A stretch of DNA of 64,000 bases. It comes from an uncultured Verrucomicrobiae bacterium (GTDB lineage Bacteria; Verrucomicrobiota; Verrucomicrobiia; Limisphaerales; Palsa-1400). The notes below the pieces were generated by a model, which searched no databases, was not told where the DNA came from, and saw only the letters and a list, made by a program, of their open reading frames with translations. Positions 31,141 to 42,897 of the stretch are shown here, piece after piece (position 1 is the stretch's first letter; every line of letters starts with the position of its first letter). Both the position numbers and the translations under genes were made by a program. The stretch is from contig OY969763.1 of NCBI GenBank assembly GCA_963702845.1, positions 1,120,001 through 1,184,000 of the forward strand. Direction: 5' to 3'.

Positions 31141-31844
31141 ATGAAACCAATCCGTTCCATCATTACTTCGATCGCAGTCACGGCACTCGTCTTGATACTG
31201 CCGTTAAGCGCCCAAGCTGGAAATCTGATCGTGGACCCTGGCTTCGAACATCAAACGCCCCCCGACGCTGGAGGGTGGATCCTTTTTGGCGGTCAGTTTA
31301 CAAACAATTTTGCGCGATCGGGCAATGGGTCCATGTTAGTCGCGGGCGCCAACAATGCCCCGGGGACCTTCCAACAGTTCCCTGCGGCACCTGGCTCCAA
31401 ATGGCAGATGACGGGCTACGGGATGACTCCTGTTCCATTTTTTAGCCCGGCATTCGGCTTCATTCAGGTTACGTTCTTCGATATTTTGGGGAATGATTTG
31501 GGTACGGTTGAGACCACAGGCAATCCCTTTCCGGCGCAAACGTCGGGGCCCGTGGATCAAACCAGCAAGCCCGGCGAGTGGCTTTTCCTCGATACCGGAA
31601 CTGCAACGGCTCCCACGGGCACAGCCTATATTCAAGCCTTCACGCTCCTCGTCGAATCCAGCGGCAATTTTCAGGGCGTGTATTTTGACGATATTAATCT
31701 CCAGGTTCTGGAGGCCAACCATGGACAATATGTTTCCTCAATCGCACGTAATGCCGCGAAGCTGAAACGAGACGGACTAATCACCGCGATCAAGCAGCCA
31801 CGATGATCAGTGCCGCGGCCTTGTCCAGTGGTGGCTCGAAATAA
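31141..31844 (+). CDS. Secreted protein with carbohydrate-binding-like jelly-roll domain; probable frameshift near 31790 (called ORF ends at 31806)
   Basis: Signal peptide; NLIVDPGFE...GVYFDDINL. An alternative frame continues DQAATMISAAALSSGGSK*. Confidence 0.65.
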
Positions 31845-31870
31845 TCGTTTCAGTGTCATCACTATTTTCA

Positions 31871-31917
31871 GTGTCAGTTCTCACTATTTAAACTTATTGA
31901 CAGTTTCTCAGAAGCTT
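31871..31917. repeat. Isolated RAYT left end (47 bp)
   Basis: Near-identical to 25393-25438, with no transposase downstream. Confidence 0.9.
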
Positions 31918-32423
31918 GAAAAAGGGGGCACCCATTAGGGCACTGTGTCAAGAAGGCGGAACGTTTCTGCCCTCAATTGTATTTTAAATCGAGTTTCTAT
32001 TTAGCTGCCGATTTTTAGGTGCTGCATTCGAGCCCAATTTCTTCCTTCATCTTGATTTCGGACAGCCTGCGTTGGCGACGCATCCGCCTCCTGCTCTCAT
32101 TTTCCGTTATGCGCTCTTTGCGTCGTTTCGCAGCCGCTCACTTCAGAGGGGCAGCGATTTACCGGCTCGCTATTGAGTCTCCTCAGAACAGCGTGCCTGT
32201 CGACGGGGGGCTTTCGAGAGTTTCTAAGCGCCTGAGAACGGTTCCAACGCATAAAAGCCATGCAGGACGAATATTCGATCAACGAGATGATAGAATGATA
32301 GGAATTTGCTTTTCGCACGCTAGCTCGGTGAAGCTGTCAATAAATCGGCGTTTACTCCGGTGGGGGTTTCTGTAGGGTTCGTAACATGGCCAGGTTATCG
32401 CATGAACCGAACGCAAAGTCTTT

Positions 32424-32634
32424 TGGGCTTTCCTCGATTAGATTGACAGAGAGTGTCTGAACGTGTGAGCTAGGGCCAGCACACGTGAACAACGAAACGC
32501 GCACCCGAAAAAAATATCATGAAAGCATCAAGCGTTCCGCCGTTGATCATCTGATGCTCAGCGGCAAGTCGGTTCGGCAGAACGCCGCCGAGTTAGGCGT
32601 CACACTCCTTGTCAATCAAATCAAGACAAGCCCA
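32424..32634 (+). mobile_element. Internally deleted IS3-family remnant
   Basis: TG...CA ends with imperfect ~33-bp inverted repeats (TGGGCTTTCCTCGATTAGATTGACA / TGTCAATCAAATCAAGACAAGCCCA). Encloses an OrfA-like N-terminus, RKKYHESIKRSAV...AAELGV. Confidence 0.75.
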
Positions 32635-32928
32635 AATCCAGCGCGGTCCGTTGCCGGAGGAAATTTATCCTGAACGGGATCAGGATGGCGCCAAGGGGGA
32701 GTAAGATCAGCCTGTTCGGAAATGCGCTACTGCGCGGAGCAATTCGTGCCGTTTCTTTTTATCCGCCCGCCCGGTTTTACATTCTGATCGGATTTTTCAT
32801 CCCCTGTGCGCGACTCGCACACTCCCCCGAACGCAGAATCTCGCTTAAAACAAGAAAGTGCAGAAAACAATCTGACGGAACCGCGTTCGCTTGGAACTCG
32901 TGATTCTCACTGGCAAAAATTATTTGAA

Positions 32929-35900
32929 ATGAATATGAAAAATAAACTTGCTCATGCGGTGCCTCTTTTGGCGTCACTCGCCCTGATTTTCTGGTTGGGG
33001 GCCTGTTCGGCGCAAGCGGCTTCACACACTTGGGCGGGCGTGGGCATCACCGGCAACTGGAGTTTGCCGGCGAACTGGGCGGCCAATAATCCCCCGGCCG
33101 CCGGTGAAGCCGCGCCGGTCTCCCTTACTTTTCCGTCGGGTGCAGCGCAATTGAATAACACGAACAATCTTGGTGGCCTCGTCGTTGACTCGCTGACCTT
33201 CAGCGGTTCGGGCTACAATCTCAACGGTTCGGGGGTTGGCACCAACCTCACGTTGCATGGTGGCGGCGGCACAGTGGTGCTGAATTTCGGCAACACCACG
33301 AATACTTTTAACACGTCCCTTAATCTGATCTTGTCGAACAACGTCCCGGTCACCGTCAACTCCGGGGGCAGCCTGCTCGTGGACGGACAGATGCTGGGCC
33401 AGGGCGGTTTCACCAAGCAAGGCGTTGGTGCGATGACGATCTTGAGCCTGTTCAACAATACTTACGCCGGCAGCACTTTTGTCACCGCTGGGACGCTCAA
33501 GCTCGACGCCGGTTATTTCACCGGCGTGTTTCCGCTGTTCGTGTTTCATCCCCAACTCGCCGTGCCGGGCTATTTGGAAATCGGCAACTCAACGGTGCCA
33601 GCCTCGGTGCAATTGCTGGCCAACTCACAATTGCCCACCTCCGCGACCTTGCAGATTGACAATGATGGCGTGCTGGACTTGAACAATAATTCCACCACTT
33701 GCGGCCCGCTCGTTTTCAGCGGCGCCGGGCCGGGCGCGAGCTCGCCGGTGGCGCAATCGGGGACGGGAACCTTGACGTTAAACGGCGATGTCAGCGGCGT
33801 TGGCGGTAATCTCACCGGCATTCTTTCACTGGGCGATCCAGTCGGCAGTTCAACTTCAACGCGGGATACCTTTATGTTACCGCGACAATTATTGATGGCG
33901 GCGGCTCCGCGGGCATCATCAACAATGGATTATCCGGGATTATTTTGGGCTCCGCTAACAGCTTCAGCGGCAAGACGGTCATCAATTCCGGTGTTGTCGA
34001 AGCCTGGAATGCCAATGCGTTCGGCACCGGCGCGGGCGGCGTGGCAGTTAATAGTGGCGGGCAGTTGATTCTTGGTTATGGCGGCGCCGCCGTGACCATC
34101 ACCAATGCCAGTCTGACCTTGAACAGCGGGGGCTATCTTGGCATTGACGCATTGACTTCCTCCGGCTCCAACAACTGGGCTGGTCCGATCATTATCGCCT
34201 CGGACAGCTTGATGGGTTGCCCGTCGAATAGCGTTCTCAACTTGAGCGGCGCGATTTCCGGGCCGGGCAACTTGTTCGTGGGAGGCCCGTATGATTCGTT
34301 TGGCGTGACGATTTTTTCCGGAACGAGCGACAATACGTTCGGCGGCACATTGACCGTGAACGGCACCAATACGGTGCAGTTGAACAAATCCAGCGGCGCG
34401 ACGGCGGTGCCGGGCGCGCTGGTCATCGGCAACGACGTGGACCCAGAGGACAGCGCTGTGGTTCAGTTGCTGGCGAACAATCAGATCGCCAACTCCGCTG
34501 CCATCACGGTTTTTCCCTCGGGCGACCTCGATTTGAAAATCTACAACGAAACCATCGGTCCGTTGACGGTAAGCGGGGATGTCTTTGGTACCGGACTGCT
34601 GACATTGAACGGCAACGTGACCAACAATGACGCAAATGGCTTCGGTTATATTGGCTGTCCGCTTTCGCTTGGAGGCCAGACGCGGGTTTTTAATCCGGGC
34701 GCCGGCGGCATAGACGTGGGTGGCAACACTACCGATGGCGGCGGCAGTGCGGGGATAACGAAACTCGGCTACGGAACCTTGCGACTGGACGGTTCCAATT
34801 CGTTCAGCGGCACTTTGACGATTAACGCGGGTCAACTCTTTGTCACCGACGATCACGCTCTTGGAGCCGTGTCAGGCGCCGTGATTTTGGATGACGCAGC
34901 TACCTTGGCGCTGGGTAGCCACCAAGTCGCCAACAAGTCGCTGACCGTAAATTCCATTTCCGGTAGCTATTTTGATTATTATGGAACAAACCTGTGGACC
35001 GGGCCGGTCACGCTCAATGGTCCGCTGTTTTGTGAGAATAATTATCTGGCTCCATCCGACCAGATCACCTTCAGTAATATCATCAGCGGAACGGGCGACC
35101 TGACAATGTTGGGTAACGGACGGATCGCTTTCTCCGGCTCGCAGGACAACACTTTTACCGGCACAACCTTCGTCAATTCCGGCATCTTGAATCTGCAAAA
35201 GTCCGCCAACCGCGTCGCGATTCCAGGAAATTTGATCATCGGCGATTCATATGATTCGGCCATGAACGCGCAGGTGACGCTTTCCGCTAACGAACAGATC
35301 AAACAGGGCGCTGGAAATCTTGTGCGGATTTACAACTCCGGCTTTCTCAATCTCAACTCCCACACTGAAACCATCCCTCAGCTCAATCTTTGGGACAGTG
35401 CGCTAGTGGACAGCGGCTTTGGCGGCCTGCTGGTCTTGAACGGCAACGTCACGATGGATGCGGCCACGACTTCATCACCAGTCTTCAGCGGCAATCTCTC
35501 GCTCGGCGGAACGAACCGCACTTTTCTGTTCAATGGCAACACCAATCTATCCTCTTCCACTTCGCTCAATATCTTCGCGTCCATCAGTGATGGCGGCAAT
35601 GCCGCCGGGTTCACCTCCAAGAATGGTATCTTGAAATTGATTGCCAACAATTCGTTCGCCGGGCCGGTGATAGTTGATGGCGGCACCGTTTATGCGGAGA
35701 ACTTACTTGCATTTGGCAGCACGGCTTCGGGCGTGGTGCTGACGAACGGCGCGTATATACTGACTTACGTCAACATCACCAATGAGTCGCTCACCACAAC
35801 CGGAGCCCAGACCTGCGGGATGATCAGCGCTGGCTCCAATTTTTGGACCGGGTCGATCCAACTGCTGGCGGATACGAGGTTTGAAGTGGATTCCAGCAAC

Positions 35901-37070
35901 GATGCCTTCGTCGTCACCGGCGCGGTCAATGGCACGGCAAATTTATTTCCCATCGGCCTCGGCACGGTTGGCTTTGCCGGCTCGGCCGCGAATGTTCTCA
36001 CCGGCACGATCATTTCCTCCGTCAACACCTTGGAGTTGGCGCGAATCGGAGCGACGGCCGTGTATGGCGCGCTGCAAATCACCAACGGCACCGTGCGCTG
36101 GAAAACTTCCAACCAGGTTCTCGACACCAGCGCTGTCACCGTGACTGCTCCTGGCGTGGCCGATCTCAACGGCTTCACCGAAACCATCGGCGATTTCTCC
36201 GGCAACGGCACCATGCTGCTTGGCGGCGGCCTGCTCGCGGTGGGCGGGGCCAATCCCACCAACACGTTCAGCGGCGCCATCACCGGCAACGCGCTCTGCG
36301 AATTCGACAAGAACGCCGGCAACACCCTCATCCTTTCCGGCGCGAATACTTTTTCCGGCAACACGCTGGTCAAGGGAGGCACGCTCGTGGCGAACGGCAC
36401 TCCGGCGGCTGCAGACGTGTATGTTAGCCCGGGCGCGACTCTCGGTGGGACCGGCACAATCGGGAATCTTTATGATCTCGGCGGTAATATCAGTCCCGGC
36501 AACGGCGCCGGCAAATTGAACTGCGGCTATGCCACCTTCAACAGCGGCTCCACGCTCTTCATAAACCTCAACGGCACAAGCCCTGCGACCGGCTACAACC
36601 AGCTCAACGCCGTCGGTGTAGTCACCATTAATTCCGGCGTGAATTTGAGTGTCACCAAAACATTCGCCGGCGCGGTCAGCAACCAGTTTGTCATTCTCAA
36701 CAATGATCTCACCGATGCGGTCGCCGGAACGTTCGCCGGGTTGACCAACGGCGCGACCTTTACTGCGGGCGGCACAAGTTTCCGCGTTAATTATGACGGG
36801 GGCACCGGCAACGACATCGTGCTCACGCAACTCACCAGCGTAGGCCCGTCGCAAATTGGCGGCATTTCCAGACTGGGCAACGGCTCGGTTCAATTTACCG
36901 GATCGGGCGTGGCGAACCTGTTTTACACCGTGCAGGCGAACACGAATCTCGCCACCGCAACCTGGATCACCATCGGCACGACCAATGCGGGCGCGGGTGG
37001 AATACTGCAATTCACCGACACCAATGCGCCGAATTTCAAAGAACGGTACTATCGCTTTTCGTTTCCGTGA
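32929..37070 (+). CDS. Autotransporter-associated beta-strand repeat protein, without a beta-barrel; frameshift near 33835
   Basis: Signal peptide; repeats KxGxGTLxLxGxNxFSGxT; YDGGTGNDIVLT; ends FTDTNAPNFKERYYRFSFP. Confidence 0.85.
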
Positions 37071-37190
37071 TTTCTCGCAAATCATTTTAATCCGCCACTT
37101 GTGAAACAAAGCCTCCTCAACATTCTCGCCGCATCCGTTTTGGTCACCCCGGCGGCGGCCTAGACGGCCAATCTACCGCCCTCGCCCATT

Positions 37191-37382
37191 GTGCAGTTCT
37201 GGGGCGACGGATGGCAGCTCTGGACTTGGGGGAGTGATGTGGCGGGCAAGTTGGGCGACAACCAGTCGTGTGTAGATTACAACGATCCACGCTACGACAA
37301 TCATATCCCGATGAAGGTCCACGGGCTGGATTTGTTTGATAGCGCGAGAAACCGACCCCCTTTATGTTCACAAGCCAACTAA
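37191..37382 (+). pseudogene. Fragment of an RCC1-like repeat gene
   Basis: DGWQLWTWGSDVAGKLGD...PMKV resembles a single RCC1 repeat. No convincing start. Confidence 0.45.
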
Positions 37383-39481
37383 AGCGGATTCAGCAGGACG
37401 TCTGCCAGGGAGTCTTTCCATGCCGTCGGCAACTCCTCTTTCAGCTCCCCGCCTCTGTTGAAGTCGGTCTCGAAAAGGTCGTGCCTGAGCTTGGCGGCGA
37501 AGGCTGGATTCGATGTCGCCAGATTGTCTTCACGATTCAGCCTGAGGCTCAGGGCATCGAAGTTGGCGGAACCGAAGCATGACCAACCATCCACCAGCAG
37601 CGCCTTGACGTGAGTCATACCGGGATAAATATAGACGCGTATTCCTTGCTCCCTGAGATGATTTGCAGTCACCACGTTGCTTCTGCGTCCTGCGATCAGG
37701 TCGTTTTCAGAGGGCAAAATGACGCGCACATCCACGCCCCGTCGACGGGCGCGCACGAGGGCGTTGACAAACTCGTTGCTGTATAAATAGGGATTTTCAG
37801 CAAAGACGTAGCCGGAAGCCCGGTTGATCGCGGCCAGTTCCGCCTTACGGATCTGGCGGTTGAAGTTTTTGGTGTAGAGCCGGCGGAGTTCAATCAGGTC
37901 GGTACTGGGCTCGTGGCTCGTGCCCGGCCTCTTTCCGCCGAGGGATTCTGCGGCCAGGCCAATATCACCCCAAGGCCCGCCCTGGGACCACATCTTGTCG
38001 AATTGTCGTTGGTAGGAGGCCACAACTGGCCCCTGGACCTCCACCATGAAGTCGTGCCATTCGTATCGGTATTCCCGGCCCACGTTCATTCCGCCAACGT
38101 AAGCGTAACGTCCATCCACCAAGTAGAGCTTCTGGTGGTCCACAGTGAGGACTGGATTCGGTTCCGGGCGGACACGAACTTCTGAATCGTGGCGGAGGTA
38201 GGGCGCAATGGATTTGGGCTCGGTGAACCCCGCGGGCATCTGCGTGCCGGGCGGGATCGCTTCCGCCATGCGCGTCATCATCCGATCGAAGATCACCCTT
38301 ACCTCGATGTTCGTAGACCGCTGCTTGAGCCGGTTCGCCACTTCCACCGAGACGTCATCCCGGTCAAAAATGCAGGCCAACATGGCGACACCGTGCTGCG
38401 CTTCCGCCACCCGGCGTTCGAAAAGGGGAAAAAATTCATTCCCGCCGATGAGCAACCGCAGCGAGCCCTGTTCGCGCGGTGCGTGCGTGTGGTGATCGAG
38501 CCATTGTTCCCACGCCGCCAGATCCATCCCCGAGGCATGGGTCACGGGAGGAATTTCCGATTTTGGATTCGCCTGACGGTGCAGCAGGGTCAGCGGCCAT
38601 TGAACGACTTGGTTGACTGCCCGCGTCGAAGAGGTGATGGGGTTCTTCAGGAAAGCCAACGCGTTGTCAATCACGGCGAAGGAAACCAGGTTCTTAAGCT
38701 TGCTTCCATATCGAGCAATCACGTGAGGGTTATCGACCTTTCCTGGTAAGTATAAAACGACGACTCGCCGTTGGGTCAGGTCGAGAAATGCCAAGCGCAT
38801 CCGGCTGCCGTGCCCGATTGCCAGCGCAAAGGTGGTTCGACCCGGGTAAGCGGTCCTCAGAATGGTTTCGAGTTCCGTGGCCGCGGCAGAAGCAAGCCCT
38901 TGCCGGGTGTAATGCCGGTCGATCGTGACATTGACTGGCGGGTTCGTAGCGAGTTGGACCTTGCCGTCCGCATTGCGATACAGCGTCGCTTCCCCCAATG
39001 CAAATCGGCAGAGGATGCCATGGCCGGGCTCGGGCGGGACAAGGCGATCAGCCACTTTGCGGAGGAAACGGTCCGCCTCGGCCTGAGACAGCACGGTCAC
39101 CTCGTGCCAGCCCGAGTTCGGGCCAGGAATTGTTTTTGGCGACTTGCTGGGTTGAAGGGTGGCACTGCCATAAACGAACTTTTCCGGCGTCACCCGCGGC
39201 AATACCCAAGTCGCCTTCAACATCCACATCTGGCCCCCGTTGGTGTAGCTGATAAGGATTTTGTGGTCCTGGACAAAAGCGCGTGGATGCAGATTTGTCC
39301 GGTTCCCCAAGTTTGCCGGTTGCTTGCCATCGTCGTCCGATGGACTGGAAGCAGCAACAGGTGCAGCGGCCAAGAGCGCAACGACCAGCACAGACAGCAC
39401 GGCCAGAAAACGACCCACACCGTCCAATACCTGCAGAACGTGTCGCCGAGCCTGGCTTCCGACCTCGAACTTTTTAGTCAT
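37379..39481 (-). CDS. Phospholipase D family (cardiolipin synthase-like) exported protein
   Basis: Two HKD motifs: HQKLYLVD...GGMN and HVKALLVD...GSANFD. Confidence 0.9.
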   Translation of the reverse strand: MTKKFEVGSQARRHVLQVLDGVGRFLAVLSVLVVALLAAAPVAASSPSDDDGKQPANLGNRTNLHPRAFVQDHKILISYTNGGQMWMLKATWVLPRVTPEKFVYGSATLQPSKSPKTIPGPNSGWHEVTVLSQAEADRFLRKVADRLVPPEPGHGILCRFALGEATLYRNADGKVQLATNPPVNVTIDRHYTRQGLASAAATELETILRTAYPGRTTFALAIGHGSRMRLAFLDLTQRRVVVLYLPGKVDNPHVIARYGSKLKNLVSFAVIDNALAFLKNPITSSTRAVNQVVQWPLTLLHRQANPKSEIPPVTHASGMDLAAWEQWLDHHTHAPREQGSLRLLIGGNEFFPLFERRVAEAQHGVAMLACIFDRDDVSVEVANRLKQRSTNIEVRVIFDRMMTRMAEAIPPGTQMPAGFTEPKSIAPYLRHDSEVRVRPEPNPVLTVDHQKLYLVDGRYAYVGGMNVGREYRYEWHDFMVEVQGPVVASYQRQFDKMWSQGGPWGDIGLAAESLGGKRPGTSHEPSTDLIELRRLYTKNFNRQIRKAELAAINRASGYVFAENPYLYSNEFVNALVRARRRGVDVRVILPSENDLIAGRRSNVVTANHLREQGIRVYIYPGMTHVKALLVDGWSCFGSANFDALSLRLNREDNLATSNPAFAAKLRHDLFETDFNRGGELKEELPTAWKDSLADVLLNPL

Positions 39482-39771
39482 TTAGGATCACCAACCTATT
39501 ATTTGACTGCGAAGTAGACACGGTTGGCATATACACAAGCATCATTAGACTTATAACAGGAATGAGGCTGCAGGCTTTGGCGCAAGCCAACAATCGGGCA
39601 GGAACCTGAAAGGCTCATGCGATATTCTGTCAATCAAAGCTCGCGAAGGCTTCCCCTACGAATGGATATTGCGGATAGGTCGGCACACGCCGATAACCCG
39701 CGCTAACAAACCAAAGTCAAACGCCCTTTTGACTCTTTCGTTATGCCATATGGTCTTAGGCTCCTTTACCG

Positions 39772-40485
39772 ATGATTAAATCAACCGTAGAACAAATTCG
39801 AGAGCGTTTCGACGGCGACGTTGAGCGGTTTTCCAACCTTGAGACCGGTCAATCGGCCACGATTGACGCACCATTGTCGCTGGCTTTGATTGCAGGCGCC
39901 GCCGCACAGGTGACGCCTGGCGCATCCTCGCTTTTGGATGTTGGCTGCGGGGCAGGTAATTATGCGCTCAAGATGTTGGAGCGATTGCCTAACCTTGATG
40001 TCACGCTGATTGATTTGAGCCGTCCGATGTTGGATCGCGCCGTCGAGCGTGTCAGTCGGGCGACAACCGGCCGAGTCACCGCATTGCAGGGCGATGTTCG
40101 GGAGTTGCAGCTTGGCGAGTCGCAGTTTGACATCATCTGTGCCGCGGCGGTTTTGCACCATCTTCGAGAGACCGACGAGTGGCGCAGCGTTTTTTGCAAG
40201 TTTTACGCCTCGCTCAAAGCGGGCGGCTCGCTTTGGATTTCAGATTTGATTGAGCATTCGGACGCGCGAGTGCAGTCGCTCATGTGGGAGCGGTATGGTG
40301 TATATTTGTCGCAGCTTAAAGATAAGTCCTATCGTGACCAGGTTTTTGATTACATCGCGAAGGAAGATTCCCCGCGGCCTTTGATGTTCCAGTTAGATCT
40401 TTTACGTTCGATTGGATTCAGCCAGGTTGAGGTTTTACACAAGAATAGTTGTTTTGCAGCCTTTGGTGGTATCAAAGGAACCTAA
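39772..40485 (+). CDS. Class I SAM-dependent methyltransferase
   Basis: LLDVGCGAG, IDLS, FDII and LKAGG motifs. Confidence 0.9.
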   Translation: MIKSTVEQIRERFDGDVERFSNLETGQSATIDAPLSLALIAGAAAQVTPGASSLLDVGCGAGNYALKMLERLPNLDVTLIDLSRPMLDRAVERVSRATTGRVTALQGDVRELQLGESQFDIICAAAVLHHLRETDEWRSVFCKFYASLKAGGSLWISDLIEHSDARVQSLMWERYGVYLSQLKDKSYRDQVFDYIAKEDSPRPLMFQLDLLRSIGFSQVEVLHKNSCFAAFGGIKGT

Positions 40486-40706
40486 CAAGTCGCGAGCCTG
40501 TGTGAAAACTTCCGGGCATCATTGACTGAGTAGGCCGGCTAGAAGGTTTTGCAGGTTGTCGATTCGGATTGAAAGTTAGCGAAGTGATGGACCACCAGTG
40601 GTTACAGCAATTACACTCCTATGGGCTGCTGCGCGGTGCCTTCCGTAGTCCGGCGTTTCCTCAGAAATTTTCCCAAGGCGTTGCTCACAGTGTGCTACAC
40701 GATTAG

Positions 40707-41282
40707 TCAAGGGAAGAGAGAGGCTTCAGGAGGAAGTTCACGGATCACGCGAGCCGGATTGCCGGCCGCAATCACATCGGAGGGAATATCCCGGGTGACG
40801 ATGCTTCCTGCACCGATTACCGACCGATCTCCGATGGTTGCGCCGGGGCAGATGATGGCGCCGCCTCCCACCCACACGTCCGAACCGATGGTGATTGGTC
40901 TTGCCGATTCAAGCCACTTGCGGCGCTCAGCGGCGCTGATCGGGTGTGTGGCAGTGTAGATTTGCACCGATGGAGCAAAGAGCACATTGTTGCCTATGGT
41001 GACTTCCGCGCAGTCGAGCACGACACAGTTGAAGTTGAAGAAGACCTTGATGCCCATGACGATGTTCGTGCCGTAGTCGCAGAAAAAGGGCGGCTGAACC
41101 CAGGCGTCTGTCGCCTTGCCAAAGAGTTCGGCAAGCAGGCGCTGCCGTTCTTCCTTCTGGTCTTCACGAGTGGCATTGAGCAACAGGCACAGGTCGCGAC
41201 ACCGATCGCGCTCCCGGCAAAGCTGCGGTTCCAGCGGATCGTAAAGCTCGCCTGCGAGCATCTTGTCTTTTTCCGTTTTCAT
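40707..41282 (-). CDS. maa: Sugar (maltose) O-acetyltransferase
   Basis: MKTEKDKMLAGELY, PFFCDYG, hexapeptide repeats, GNPARVI. True start is 41282. Confidence 0.9.
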   Translation of the reverse strand: MKTEKDKMLAGELYDPLEPQLCRERDRCRDLCLLLNATREDQKEERQRLLAELFGKATDAWVQPPFFCDYGTNIVMGIKVFFNFNCVVLDCAEVTIGNNVLFAPSVQIYTATHPISAAERRKWLESARPITIGSDVWVGGGAIICPGATIGDRSVIGAGSIVTRDIPSDVIAAGNPARVIRELPPEASLFP

Positions 41283-41316
41283 CGAGCGCAGGGAGCGTTT
41301 CTGGAAAAGAGATGAT

Positions 41317-42897
41317 TTACGCTGGGCCCGCAGCCTTGATCTCGGAGCTTGCGCCGGCTTCATAAGTTTTGAAGTTTTCCTTGAAGAGGCCGGCCAGGTT
41401 TTGCGCGGTCGAATCGTAGGCGACTTTATCGGCCCAGGCGTTGCGGGGCACGAGTATTTCTGAGGGGATGTTTGGACATTCCGGGACAGTGCTGAATCCG
41501 AAAACCGGGTCGCTGACCGTTTTAGTTTTGGCAAGGGAGCCGTCGTGGATGGCGTCGATGATCGCGCGAGTATGTTTGAGGCTGATCCGTTTGCCGACGC
41601 CGTGCGCGCCACCGCACCAACCGGTGTTCACGAGCCACACGCGCGCCCGATGCTGTTTCATTTTCGCCGCCAGCAACTCGGCGTACTTGCTCGGGTGCCA
41701 CACCAGGAATGGTCCGCCAAAGCAGGGTGAAAAGGTGGCCTGCGGCTCCGTCACGCCCATTTCGGTGCCGGCGACTTTCGCGGTATAACCGCTGATGAAG
41801 TGATACATCGCATGTGCCGGCGACAGCGAACTGACCGGCGGCAAAACTCCGAAGGCGTCGCAGGTAAGAAAAATGATATCCGTAGGATGTCCCGCCATGC
41901 AGGGGATCTTCGCGCTTCGGATGAATTCAATCGGATAAGCGCCGCGCGTGTTTTGGGTAATAGTGGTGTCGGTGTAGTCGACGCCACGATCGTAATCCAG
42001 GACGACGTTTTCGAGCACGGCTCCAAAACGCAAGGCCTGGAAAATCTCCGGTTCGTTCTCCGGAGTCAGGTTAATGGCCTTGGCGTAACAACCGCCCTCG
42101 ATGTTGAAGATGCCGTCGTCGCTCCAGCAATGCTCGTCGTCGCCGATCAGGTGCCGTTTTGGATCAGCGGAAAGGGTGGTTTTGCCGGTGCCACTCAAGC
42201 CGAAGAGAAGTGAAGAGCGCCCTGTTTGCCGATCGGCCGTGGCGGAGCAGTGCATCGAGAGAATGCCGCGCTTTGGACCAAAATAGTTGGCGACCGTGAA
42301 CACGCCTTTTTTCATTTCGCCGGCGTACTCGGTGCCGAGGATGATCAATTCCCGGTCTTCCAGGCTGAGGTCGATGCTGGTGCTCGACGCCATGCCGGTG
42401 GTCAGGCGATTGGCCGGAAAAGCCCCCGCATTATAAATGGTAAAATCCGGTTTGCCGAAATTCGCCAACTCTTCCCTGGTTGGACGGATCAGCATCGTGT
42501 GCATGAACAAGGCGTGGTATGGACGCGAGCAGATCACGCGCACTTTGATCCGATACTTCGGGTCCCAGCCGGCAAAACCATCGAAACAGTAAAGCCGCTC
42601 GCGCGTGTCGAGGTAGTCGCGGGCGCGCTGGCGATTGATCGCGAAGGTGTGTTCATCGCATGGAATATTTACGGTACCCCACCAAATATCTTTTTCGGAA
42701 TTGGGATGTTTGACTACACGCTTGTCTTTTGGTGAGCGGCCGGTTTTAACGCCAGAATAGGCAACGAGCGCGCCGTTTTCAGCGATGCTGGCGTCTTTCT
42801 CGAAGCGGATGGCATGTTCGTAAAGAGAACTTGGTGGCAGGTTATGATAAACATCGGCCACCCCGAGATCATGTTCCTTCAGGTCGAAAGTTTTCAT
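41317..42897 (-). CDS. pckA: Phosphoenolpyruvate carboxykinase (ATP)
   Basis: TGRSPKDK, YAGEMKK, FGLSGTGKTTLS, LIGDDEH, NIEGGCYAK. Confidence 0.97.
   Translation of the reverse strand: MKTFDLKEHDLGVADVYHNLPPSSLYEHAIRFEKDASIAENGALVAYSGVKTGRSPKDKRVVKHPNSEKDIWWGTVNIPCDEHTFAINRQRARDYLDTRERLYCFDGFAGWDPKYRIKVRVICSRPYHALFMHTMLIRPTREELANFGKPDFTIYNAGAFPANRLTTGMASSTSIDLSLEDRELIILGTEYAGEMKKGVFTVANYFGPKRGILSMHCSATADRQTGRSSLLFGLSGTGKTTLSADPKRHLIGDDEHCWSDDGIFNIEGGCYAKAINLTPENEPEIFQALRFGAVLENVVLDYDRGVDYTDTTITQNTRGAYPIEFIRSAKIPCMAGHPTDIIFLTCDAFGVLPPVSSLSPAHAMYHFISGYTAKVAGTEMGVTEPQATFSPCFGGPFLVWHPSKYAELLAAKMKQHRARVWLVNTGWCGGAHGVGKRISLKHTRAIIDAIHDGSLAKTKTVSDPVFGFSTVPECPNIPSEILVPRNAWADKVAYDSTAQNLAGLFKENFKTYEAGASSEIKAAGPA

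Noticed and set aside
25393..31917. Recurring 20-mer as a CRISPR array or integron attC sites
   Set aside because: Spacing is kilobase-scale, orientation is mixed, and there are no cas genes, tyrosine integrase or attC-like structure.
40493..40700. GAGCCTGTGTGAAAACT, resembling an IS end
   Set aside because: No matching second end or transposase fragment was found.
40707..41612. 301-aa long form of the acetyltransferase
   Set aside because: The extra 110 aa overlap pckA in another frame; the family N-terminus starts at 41282.
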